Origin: Spirogloea muscicola
Taxonomy: Eukaryota
Direction of reading: 5' to 3'
Assembly: GCA_009602725.1 (NCBI GenBank)
Contig: WELB01000022.1
Location: forward strand, 966,848 to 1,030,847
Length of the DNA stretch: 64,000 nucleotides
The notes under the pieces were generated by a model that was not told the DNA's origin, did no database searches, and saw nothing but the letters and a program-made list of their open reading frames with translations. This document shows, in pieces, positions 39,144 to 50,727 of the stretch (position 1 is the stretch's first letter; each line of letters starts with the position of its first letter). Both the position numbers and the translations under genes were made by a program.

Positions 39144-39808
39144 GACCTGGTCTGGCCAGGTGGTCCCGCACGGAGGCCTTAATGGCTCCGTGTCCACCCT
39201 GGCGCCTCATTCGGGTCTGCCCATAGGGGTGGTGGGACTTCCGACAGGTCCGCCCCTCGGGGTGGGCCTCGTGCGGCCTGCCCTTCGGGTGAGCCTTCCC
39301 TCGTCAGGTCCGCCCCTCGGGGTCGGCCTCGTGCGGCCCGCCCTTTGGGGTGGGCCTTGCGGCGGACCCCACAACCCCGGGAGGGAGGCACGGAGAAGCA
39401 CAGAATAAGATGCGGCTGCTGATATTAAGGAGCGCCTGTCAAACCCAGCCAGATACGTACAGAAGGTGTTCATGACAGAGCCACAGGCCTAGGCAGAAGT
39501 CTGGGGCCGAGACCGGACGGGGACGTCGGATCAGTAAATCCCAGAGAGAGTGGCGCAGCCCTGCTGCTGCCTGCTGCCGCAGCCTGTCGCCGGCAGATCG
39601 CCGCCTGGCTGCGAAGCGTCCGTGGCTGGCCCTTAGTGGGCTAGCTGCTGACCACCAGCCCAGGAGGAGACGCCGCCTGACGGCGGCGCCACAGGGTAGA
39701 TTTTCGCTGCGCTGCTTCACTGTGTAGAGGGTTGGGATTTCAACCCCCCACAGCCAAAGCAACAAGGACAACTTTTGCTAACTGCGTGTGTAGGGGCAGG
39801 TTGTCACA
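39144..39808 (+). repeat. LTR-derived sequence with internal 60-bp duplication, ending in the shared LTR terminus
   Basis: CAGGTCCGCCCCTCGGGGT occurs at 39245 and 39305. The end is TAACTGCGTGTGTAGGGGCAGGTTGTCACA. Confidence 0.65.
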
Positions 39809-40835
39809 TGGACAATGGGACTTTCAAAAGTCTCATCTTGTTCAGCTCGATACCATGTAGACTCGTGTAGTCTTGGCCTTGGCTAGCCATGTCGATTGTG
39901 AGGAGAGCTTTGCGGCAAAAGAGCTTTGCGGCAAGAGTGATGGAGAGACCCGCTTCGGCAATCAGCAGCGGCGGCGGTGGCGGCGGCACGGTGCAGAGGC
40001 AGAAGAGCGCGCAACCTCAGGTTAAAATTTCAGCCGGTCGATACAAGAGGTCGCGGTCGGCTCAGATAAGCTAGTGTGACCGCTGGGCCAAACGCGTCCA
40101 TGCATAAATCTGATGCTCTGGCATCTCCTTTAACACTCTCTCCTGCCAATGTCAGATTATGCAGTGACATTACTACTCTGATACAGTGTTGTGTTGTGAG
40201 TAGTGGAGCATGCAAGCACATCTACTACACATGCAACCCACAAGAGAGAATTGGCCTAGTTGGCCTTGGTTTAGGGTGATTCTTACCCTCCATCTCAGGA
40301 ACTTTACATACACTGTGTTCACCCCTTTTGAGTATTCTAGGGCTGACCTGCTTCTAGCGGATGATCAATGTCTGCTCACTACTTCACTCCTCTGACAAAT
40401 AAGCATGTGTTTGTCACGTTTGCCATTCCCTTGGTCAAGCAGTCTGCTACCATCTTCTGTGTGACGCAGTATGTAGACTGCACTCTACACCGGCCCGTAC
40501 TTCACGCACCTTGCATATTATGTGCGTGGTTGTCTATATAACGGATGAGCGCCAGACTGCTGGTGCTGTCAGTGCTGATAGTGGTAGGATTGACCTGCAT
40601 TTGCAGAAGCTCTGCTAGCAATTTCTCTCCCACGCGGGCTCACTGGCTACGCTGAATGCGGCAGTGTATTCGGCCTCGCAGTTAGATAGTCGCAAATGCT
40701 CGCTGCAATTTTGACATCCATGAGACGGCCCTCCTGCTTTGGAACACGTACCCCGTTGTCGATCGACACTTCTCTCCTCCTGCAAAGCAGGCAACCACGA
40801 TGCATAGGTGCTGAACCTTTGTTCGACATGCTTGC

Positions 40836-41750
40836 TGTGACGTCCTGATCCATATACACGCAGATAGGGGTTAGTACGTCCTGATTGGGTTCGGTCAGTG
40901 GGGATTGAGAAGCAAATCCCCTATAAAGCAGAAGCACTACTACAACACCCAGCGGAAGTCTTACCCAGAGGCACCACCAAAAGGCGGCAACTCTACAGAG
41001 GGTCTGGCTTGTAAGCTGTCCCCGCATGGGGCGCAGCCATGACACTTCCGGAGAACCGGCGATGTCCGCAGCGACGAGCTGCGGAGACGGGCTGAGCAGC
41101 AGACGACGGCAGCAAAGCTGTGGCGGATGCTGCGGCAGCAAGCAAGCAGGGCTATGCCTCTCTCTGCCTCACTGATCGAACTACCGAGTCCGCTCTCGGT
41201 CGACTACTTGTGATGCTTCAATGCCACCCCCCCTCCAGGGTGTGTGGGAGCCGCTTCAAGGCCCACCCCGTCAGGGGCGGGCCTCACGAGGGTCGGTCGC
41301 GGGGACATGTCACGCCCACGGGAAGACCTCGAGGGAACTGTAAGGTGGACAGGCATTTGCCACGGGCAGACCGCAAAGGACCCGTAGGACATGTGACGTC
41401 CTCGCGCGGACCTCGAGGATACCGCAAGACAGGGGTCACCCAAGCGGTACATCGCTGGCGGGAGAAGACAATCGCGCGGGAGAAACCACCAAAACGGCCC
41501 GCGCCGCAGATGCCACATGTACACGTCGACGGGAGGGTACGGCGCCCAGACTGGCGTAACGCTACACTTGCTACCCTTCCGGGTCGCAACAGAGCATGAA
41601 GCAGAGAACGATGACGACCCACGCAGGCCTTATCAACACTTGCCTGAGACCGTGACAGAGGGGCCTGGATGTTGGCGGCCGCGTATGAAGGCAGGGTGAC
41701 GACGGCCTCCTGAGCCGCGTACTCCAAGCACCAGTCCATTGAGTGCTAGA
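40836..41750 (-). repeat. LTR (terminus as at 44184)
   Basis: TGTGACGTCCTGATCCATATACACGCAG matches 44184-44212; the far boundary is approximate. Confidence 0.7.
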
Positions 41751-42325
41751 CATAACGCAGAAGTTGTTTAGTGTGCCACACGGTGCTGTTAGCGGTACAT
41801 GCCCGTTAATTCCACGGACCCAAGTGGCCCGCCAGGCGGCGGGCTGACTTGCCGGGCAGGTGGGCCGCCAGGTGCGGGCCCCACCCGTCCTAAAATACCC
41901 CTCGCCAGGATCCATCCGTCCAAGGAAGGATCATTGGCCCGCCGCAAGGAAGGCCACGGGGCGACCCGCTCACACCCCAGGATGGGGGGTGGCACGGGGG
42001 AAGCACTGCGAGCCTTGGGCTGAGACCCGACATCGCTTTGGACTGTGAAGCTCAAGAGCAGCCTTACTGCTGCCTGCCGCCGCAGCCGCCGCCACAGCCC
42101 GCTGCGGGACTTGTTGCGGGGAGTCCGTGGCTGCGCCCTTTGGGGGACAGCTGCTGGCTTGCGGCCAGGAGGTGGGGTCGCTGCCGGACGGCGGCGCCAC
42201 AGGGCCTGTGTTCCGCCTATGCGCTAGTGCTTCACCGTGTAGTGGGTTCGCTTCTAACCCCCTACAGCCGAACATAAAAAGGACGACTCACCCTAATTGC
42301 TTGTATAGGGGCGAGGTTACTTACA
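41750..42325 (+). repeat. Solo LTR (type B)
   Basis: GCCACACGGTGCTGTTAGC...GGGCGAGGTTACTTACA. Confidence 0.8.
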
Positions 42326-42379
42326 TTCACCGCTGCTCAGTGTCTCGGGCCAGGATCCTGCGGATGCGAAGCTAACATG

Positions 42380-43390
42380 TGAATCGCCAGCGCCAAGTCA
42401 GGCCTGGTCCCCATTGCTGCGTACATGATGCTTCCTATGGGCTTCTCCTACGGCTCTATCTGCATCAGTTCCCTATCGTGCTGACTCTTGGGAGTGTCTT
42501 CTGTGCTAAGCTTGAATCTTCTTTCCAGAGGCGTAGATGTTGGCTTGCTGTCCTCCATGTTGAATCTTTTGAGCACTCCCTTGAGGTACTGCTGTTGTCC
42601 TATCCACAGCCTGCCTTTCTGCCTGTCCCTGTTCACTTGGAACCCAACAAGTAAGAAAATTCACCTATACCCTCAATCTTAAACGTCTGGATAGCATTTG
42701 AATTTACCTCCTTCAGTCGCTCTGTAGACTTGCTCAGCAACAGTAGAACATCCACATAGACTGATACAAATAAGTGCTTCCCCGATCACCTCGTAAATTG
42801 TAGAGGCTCTCATTGTTGCTGCTTTTGTCTAATCTGCCTCCTGCAGAGCTGCATTAGGTCGTATATTTCACGCCCTTGGCGCCTATTTTAAGGAATACAA
42901 GCTTTTCTTCAAGTTACATACATAGTTGGCGTACTGTCTTTGTCTGTATCCTTCAGGCTGCTCTATGTATACTTCCTCCAGTAAGTTGCCATTATATAAT
43001 GCGGTCTTTCCGTCCATCTGATGACGCTGATAGTCTTCAACTGCTTCAATGGCTGACAGATTTCTGATTGTAGTGAAATTGTAGTGGAATTTTGTTACCG
43101 GAGCAAAAGTCTCTGCACAAATTAAACCGCTATCTGACTGTACGCCTTAGCTACCAGTCTGGCCTTAAATAACTCGACATTCCCTTTCGCATCACTCTTC
43201 ACCTTCAGGACCCACTTACAGCCCACCACTTTTACACCCTTTGGTAATTGGACCAACTCCCATGTGTCGTCTTTCTCAATAGACTGTATTTCATCCTTGG
43301 CAGCTTGCTCCTATGCGCTGCTTCAGAACTGGCCTCAGCAAGCGTGCGGGGCTCCTGAGACTCCTTAGTCTTTAAAGCAGACTGTCAACT
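42380..43390 (-). mobile_element. Degenerate Ty1/copia RT fragment
   Basis: VGCKWVLKVKSDAKGNVELFKARLVAK, VYVDV, KRFNMEDSKPTSTP and GSIMYAAMGTRPDLA. Confidence 0.85.
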
Positions 43391-43736
43391 TGATATCTGA
43401 ACCCTAAACCCATGTAAGGCGGATGGCTGTGTGAAGTCGCCCCCACTTACCCTTCATATCACAACGAAGATTCTTCAAAGGAAATGTCTCCACACAGGGA
43501 CAATTTCGATGGGCGTCGTACATATCATTATCTACATGGCCGGAATGTCAATGAAGCAGTAATGGGTTGACAAATACCTGGAAACTAGACACCTGGCAAT
43601 ATTGACTGTCAGTATCGCAGGAAAGGCTTGACAGATGCCTGGAGGAAGATATTTCACAAGGTCGACTAAATATTCGGTATACTCTTTGAGCTGAGGGTGG
43701 TGCAATTTGCAATCGTGACGAGCGAGACTGCGTGAT

Positions 43737-44183
43737 TGTAACGTCCCCGCGTTCACGGTATACTTAACCTCGATTTTAACCATATAGTATCGGTGTCGCG
43801 GATTAGTATCGATGTACTCCCGCGCCCCATTGACGCTCGGGTGACGGCGCGCGACTGACGCGCGTGAAATGCCCCGCGCCTCAGTGACGCGCGGATGACG
43901 CGCGCAAACCTGACGCGCTTGCGACGCACGGGTGAATCGCGAGGTCACGACGGTGTGACGCGCCTACCGGCGATGTCATGCACAGGCGCGCCGCTTCCAG
44001 AAAATGGCGCCGCTTCAGAAGTGGAGCTGCTCGGCGGGTCCTCACGATCCGGCCTCCGTACTCATGGTGAAATGCATGTGATGCCCTATGACGCGCCTGC
44101 GACGCGTGCGACGCACCTGCGACGCGCATGTGACGCGCAGGGCGCGCCGCTTCCAGAGGGAAGCCGCTTGGCCGGCTTCTCGT
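43737..44183 (+). repeat. 5' part of LTR type C, interrupted by next element
   Basis: TGTAACGTCCCCGC start as at 35871. Confidence 0.75.
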
Positions 44184-47100
44184 TGTGACGTACTGATCCA
44201 TATACACGCAGTTAGGGGTTAGTACGTCCTTATTGAGTTAAGACCTAGGGGGTTTAGGAAGTACACCATACACAGTCGAACGCCAGCGCACAGGGCGCAC
44301 ACACTGCATCACATAGCACGGCAGCAATCTTACCCTGAGGCACCGCCAGAAGGCGGCGACTCTACTGAGGGTCTAATTTAGTAGCTGTTTCCAAATGGGG
44401 CGCAACCACGGCACTTAAGGAGAGCCGGCGATGTCCGCAGCGACAATTTGCGGCGACGGGCTGGCAGCAGACGGCAGCAGCAGGGCTGGGGCGGCGGCTG
44501 CGGCAGCAGGCAAGCAGGGCTGTGCCTCTCTCTGGGCGTCAATGGTCCGACTTACGAGTCTGGCCTCGGCCTGCTACTATGGCGTTCCACCTGCCACCTC
44601 TTCCCCGAGGGTGTGACGAGGGTAGCCCCAAGGTGCGGCCCCTGGAGGAGGAGCGGACCCGCACAATGGGGATACGACTGGCGCGTGACGTGCAAGGTGC
44701 GGGCTCGCGTGGCGCGAGTCTGACGAATGGTACACGAGTCTTGAGGACTCGCGCGTGCCGCGCGTGACTGGCGCGTGCCGCGCGTGACTGATGCGTGAAG
44801 CGCGTGACTGGCGTGTGGCACGCGTGAAGCCGCTTGTGAAGCCGCTAACCGGTACCGTTGATTCTCCCAAACAGGGGGAAACGTTCCATTCCTCCCCACT
44901 TAGATGTTCACGTCCTCGGGAACATGGACACGGTATGGAGGAAACAATTCGAAGAGATTACTTCCGACGGGTGCGTCCAATACTACGACGCAAGGGGGTG
45001 ACATGCCCCTGTAGAAGATACTTACGTAGAACGATGGACAATTGGCTAGATTGGCCGAAGGTTCCCACGTGTTGCATTCAGGCCCATAGCCTAACCACTA
45101 TACAAGATACTTTCGGGACTTACGTCGTCCACGGAGATTGTCGCGGTGATACAAGATCTCCTCCACCTCATACTCTTCCTTTTCCTCAACGACAGGGGGA
45201 GGTGGGGGCGGTTGGACACGACCATCCGCATGGAACGGCTGCGGAGATGTTAACGCCTGCTGTATGCCCTCAAATGTCCTCTGGCATTCGGACGACCACT
45301 CCCAGGGTACGTCCTTACGAGTCAATTTCGTGAAAGGAAGTGCCAAGTTCCGCAGCATTGTAGGAACTTATTGGAATTTGCAAATCCCATAAATGAGCGC
45401 GATTGAGGTACATTCCGTGGCTCAGGCCAATCCCGTACGACCGAAGTCCGCATGCCGTCTTTGCCCACGACATGCCCAAGTTAGGTCAGCTCTGGCTGGT
45501 AGAATGCGCACTTGGACCTCTTGGCATAGATTTGATTCTCACGCAGCAGCTGCAGCACTCGGCGCAGGTGGCCGACGTGATCTTCCGGCATTTTTCTGAA
45601 CACCAGTATATCGTCCAAGTAACTCACACAAGATCACAGAGCAGGCGGCCAAAGACCCTCGTCATCAAAGCCTAAAACGTAGACGGTACATTGGTCAGAC
45701 CAAAAGCTCAGCACCTTGAATTGAGAATGTCCAGGCGGCATGCGGAACGGCGACTTTGGCAAATCCGCAGGCTCAAATGCGAATCTGATGATACCCACCT
45801 GCAGGTCCAGGGAGCTAAGCACAGTAGCCCCTGCGAGCCAATCGAACAGATCATCTTTCCAAGGCAACGGGTATCGGGTCTTGATAGTGAGCTTGTTTCA
45901 AGCCCGATAATCAATGCACAGCCGACGACTGCCATCCTTTTTTTTGACAAAGAGGATAGGTGCACCGTCCGGCGACTGAGATGATGGCTTAATGTAGCCC
46001 TTCCCCAGCAGATCCTCAACCTGGGATTGCACTTTCTCGAGATTCGAGACGGCTCAGCCGGTACTTGGGACGGTACGGCGGATTAGCGCCTGGCAACAAT
46101 GGAATGGTATTAGCCACACCTCGAGGAGTAGGCAGACCGTCCGGACGAGAGTCTGGAAGCACAGCCGCAAACTCTTCCAGCAACTTATTAAGAACCCCGC
46201 CATGTGAAATCGCAGCATTCACGCACAAGTCTGGCTGAGACTCGTCACTCGACGCCACCATCACAAGATATGCCATCTGCACAGTATTCTTGTGAATCAA
46301 TCGCTTCATCTGCATGGCAGATAGAAGACCCAGCACCCGGACCCAGCACCCTGTCGTGCCTGCCCATATAGCGCCCACTACGCATCGACGTGCCACACCC
46401 GAAGCTCCGCCTACAGGCCAGGACTCTGCTGGCCAGCAGCAGCCTGCCCTGCATGGCCTCACTACCAAGTAAGCAGACATACAAAGGATGTGGCAAGAAG
46501 CATCACCACACTACAAGTCACGAGGCGGATCACAAGCTACCTCCTCAAGTAAGTTGCGTCTCCTCGCCTTCTTCACACTCTCGTGCGCCTCCTGCGCCGC
46601 TGCGTGGTCACCCCCGCCTGGGGATCTCTCACCGCTTCGGCCCCCTGGCCACCCTGACGTGGAGCGCTGGCCTACTGGGGACGCGCTCCGGACCCTCCGG
46701 AACCTTCTCGGCGGCTGGGCGGCGGCGACGCTAGGTTGCTCTCCAACGGGGGGGGTTTTGAGGAGAGATGGCCCCTCTCCGCCGTCCGATCTCTCAGGAG
46801 CCCACCCCGCGAGGTGGGGTCAAGCCAGTAGGTACAGGGACTTAGCTCCGGCGCCCGGGGCTCTCCGGCCCGCCCATACGGGTTGCACCCTTCCCAGCGA
46901 GGCACCTCATGGGTTACCGCTGCTGAGGATACATATACCACCTTCCTACCTGAGATGTCTGACCAGGGTTAGCCCTGCTCGGTTCCGCCCAACCGCCCTC
47001 CAGCCGACGCTACGACGACGCTACGCGCCCGGGCATGACAACCCACACCCAGACCCAGGACATCAATTGGGTGGCCATCAGCCAATGTTACTCTAGGCAA

Positions 47101-47250
47101 ATCATCTGCTTGCAAATCCAAATCAGTGGAGCATACCAAATTCTTGTTGACGAAGGACACTGAGGCCCCAGAGTCCATGAGGATCTTGCCCGGTGCATCA
47201 GCAACCAGCCCCTCAAAAAGCATCGTGTCTTCCCCGCGTACACTTCTACC
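44184..47250 (-). mobile_element. Internally deleted chromovirus (protease, RT, chromodomain) with 3' LTR 44184-44888
   Basis: LMDSGAS and [15 protein letters not shown] is fused directly to PFHADGRVQPPP..YEVEEIL, so RNase H and integrase are deleted. A foreign segment lies at ~46325-47050. Confidence 0.88.
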
Positions 47251-48352
47251 GAGAATTGGGGTTGTGGTGGGGGTTCGCTTCGAGACCCCCACTGACCAAA
47301 TCCAACAAGGACGATCTGACCCTGACTATGTTATAGGGGTTGGGTTCTTACAGTGGTGCTGGCGCTGGAACGGCGACAGGAGGCGGCAGCTGTGTAGCTT
47401 CAAACAGCATCTCGAGCTTGCTACCGGTGTGGCCAAAAGGGCCACCGTATCCGGGATTGCACCCAGGCTTCCAAGCACCCCTCATCAAGCAAGTCCGCTC
47501 CACCCGGCCCCAAGGGGCAGTACAAGGGCAAGGGTAAACGTGAGTGCCTTTCATAAAGTTCTGTGTGGAGTCCTCAACTGCATGATTTGCAAATGCTGTT
47601 TGAACGTGTAGGACATGCTTGTCTGCAGTCTCCTATTCCGGTAGTGCGCTCCCTGCATATGCATATCCTCTTTGATGAATGGTGGTTCCCCTGTTGTCTC
47701 GGTCCCTCCAACCAAGTGCAATCAGCTGCTCAGATGTATCTGAATTGGGTGAACCATCATGGGCCTGACGACCCTGTGTTTTTCATTGTGCGATGCAGGC
47801 GAGGACTGAATCCTCCACCACCACTGGGACTGTCCCTGCTCTGTCCTACACAGCAGGCCACCCCCACGTCGTACCTGGTACTGCTGGATCACCTAGGAAA
47901 GTGCTGATATATGTAGTTCGCAGATTTTGTCTTGCTTCAGTTGGCGACTTAGCACTTTGTGCTCAACGCCTAGTATGCTATTTACCAGCATAGCGGCTGG
48001 TCAGCTAGCCCAGATCCTCGTAGACACGGGTGCCTCGGTATCCTGTGTTAGTAAAACATTCGTGTATAACAATGGCTTGCCTGTGCAACGCATTCATGTA
48101 CTGCAAGCTACATTGGCCAATGGTCATCATCTTGAAACATTGGGCCTTTGCAAAGTGCCCCTTCGCATCCAAAGCTACAAGATGGTTGTGTCTTGTCATG
48201 TCATTAATTTGGCGTCTACCTTTGATGTGATCTTAGGCGATGATTGGCTCTGTGCCTCTGCGTCCGTGCTTGATTATACATAGCGCACATGTGTCGGCCG
48301 ACGTGGTACTCGTCGTTTCAAATTGCACGACGTCGACATTTCAGTGTATCAC

Positions 48353-48906
48353 TGTAACGATCCAGCCGTTTGACTATGCCACACGGTGCTGTTAGCATTA
48401 CATGACCGGTAGCCGCTTGATGGACAAGTGGGCCCGCCCAGGTGCGGGCAACTCCCGCCCGTCCTGGACTAAGCCTCGCCAGGTTCCACCCTGCCAAGGG
48501 GGGACCTTGGGCCTGCCGCAAGGGCAGGCCTTGGAGCGACCCGCTCACACCCCCTGGGGAGGGGTGGTCACGGGGGAAGCACTACGAGCCTTGAGCCGAG
48601 ACCCGACATCACTTCGGACCGGCGAAGCTCAGGAGCAGCCTTGCCGCTGCTCGCCGCCGCAGCAGCCGCCGCAGCCTGCTGCGGGGCTCGCTGCGGAGAG
48701 TCCGTGGCTGCGCCCGTTGGGGGCCAGTTGCTGGCTCGCGCCCAGGAGGTGGGGTCGCCGCCGGACGGCGGCGCCACAGGGCCTGTCTTCCGCTGCGCTA
48801 TGCGCTAGTGCTTTGCCGTGTAGTGGTTTGGTCCCTAAACCCCTCACAGCCGAACTTAACAAGGACGACTCACCCTAACTGCGTGTGTAGGGGCGAGTTC
48901 ACTACA
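48353..48906 (+). repeat. Solo LTR (type B) with 5-bp target-site duplication
   Basis: TG...CA ends, flanked by ATCAC and ACCAC (4/5 match). Confidence 0.88.
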
Positions 48907-49900
48907 ACCACCCCCCAGGCAACACTCTTCTTTGCAGCTTCCAGCTGTGCGGTTGAAGAAGCTCCTCCGCTATGAACCAGCTTCGGCTGCGTATTTGGGT
49001 GTTGTGATGAGTGCTGATTTTCCCCCTGACTCTGATGTGAGTATCGTGGCCTTACGTAGTACGGCTCTTGACAAGTTGTCGTGAGAGTATCCGGATGTGC
49101 TCCCGGATGCACTTCCAGACGGTTTGCCTCCGGATCGAGGCGTGGCTCATACAACGCCATTGGAGCCTGGCGCTGTACCGCCGTACCGTCCTATGTATCG
49201 ACTGAGTCCTCTTGAAATTGCGAGAAATGCAATTTCAGGTGACGGAGTGCTCCGTAGAGGGCACATTGAGCTTTCTCAGTCCCCGGATGGTGCACCTATC
49301 CTCTTCGTCAAGAAGAAAGATGGTAGTCTCCGGATGTGCATAGATCACCGAGCCCTAAACAAACTTACTGTCAAGTATCGTTACCCCTTGCCTCGTACAG
49401 ACGATCTGTTCGATCGTCTCGCGGAAGCTAAAGTGTTCAGCTCCCTCGACGTGCATGTTGGGTATCACCAAATTCATATCACACCTGAGGATGTTCCGAA
49501 GTCATCGTATCGTACGCCGGTCGGACACTTCCAGGTGCTGAGCTTTGGTCTGACCAACACACCTGCCACGTTTCGGGCTGTGATGACGAAGGTCTTTGGG
49601 CCCCCTCTTGTATGACTTCGTGCTGGTCTACTTCGATGACATACTGGTGTCCAGTAAACTGCCTGAGGATCATGTACGCCACCTGCGGAAAGTTCTGCAG
49701 TTGCTACGTGAAACTCATTCGTATGCCAAAACTTCCAGGTGTGTATTCAACCGGGCCGATTGGACAAGTTAGGGCATGTGGTGGGCAAAGACGGGGTGCG
49801 CGTCGACCCCAGAAAGACAGTAGCAGTATAGGACTGGCCAGTGCCGTAGAATGTGCCGCAGTTGCGTTCCTTTCCGGGATTCGCAAACTATTTCCGCATA

Positions 49901-50727
49901 ATTGTTAGGAGTTGCTTTCTTGGTATTAGCTGAGCGCAAGATAATGGCCTCTATGCAACGAAGAAAGGGGCCTAATGTCGTAGATTTGTTCGGATTATTA
50001 CACCTCTAGCAGATGGTTTTAAATTAATGATTAATAAACCTATTTAGCCTAGTAGTGCAAATCTCTTTATCTTTGTAATGGCTCCTGTTCTTACATTTAT
50101 GTTAAGTTTAGTAGCCTGGGCAGTGATTCCTTTTTATTACGGTATGGTATTATCTGATTGTAATGTAGGAGTACTCTACTTATTTGCTATCTCCTCTTTA
50201 GGCGTATATGGCATAATAACAGCAGGTTGGTCTAGTAATTCAAAGTATGCCTTTCTGGGGGCATTACGATCCGCCGCACAAATGGTATCCTATGAAGTTG
50301 CTATTGGTTTAATCATTATTACTGTATTATTTTGTGCAGGTTCATGCAATTTTAGTGCAATAGTGTTAGCACAAAAACAAGTATGATACTGAATTCCTTT
50401 ATTTCCTTTGCTGCTTCTATTCTTTATCTCATGTATAGCGGAAAGTAATCGAGCTCCTTTTGATTTACCAGAAGCAGAAGCGGAATTAGTAGCGGGTTAT
50501 AACGTAGGGTACCCTGCTATGGGTTTTGCTCTTTTCTTTTTAGGAGAGTATGCAAATATGATACTTATGAGTAGTCTATGTACTATTTTCTTTTGTGGAG
50601 GATGGTTACCACCTCTACATATTGCAATTTTCACCTGGAATCCAGGTCCTTTTTGGTTTTCTATTAAACTGCCTTTTTTTCTCTTGTCTACGTTTGGGTT
50701 CGTGCAGCTTTTCCAAGATATCGATAT
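49901..50727 (+). pseudogene. nad1: NUMT: mitochondrial NADH dehydrogenase subunit 1 fragment
   Basis: AT-rich. Encodes [69 protein letters not shown] and [11 protein letters not shown], with stops and frameshifts. Confidence 0.97.

Noticed and set aside
47352..47365. Primer-binding site (TGGTGCTGGCG) after the LTR fragment ending at 47351
   Set aside because: The sequence runs into the Gag zinc knuckle within ~80 bp, so this looks like an insertion junction; no tRNA match recognised.
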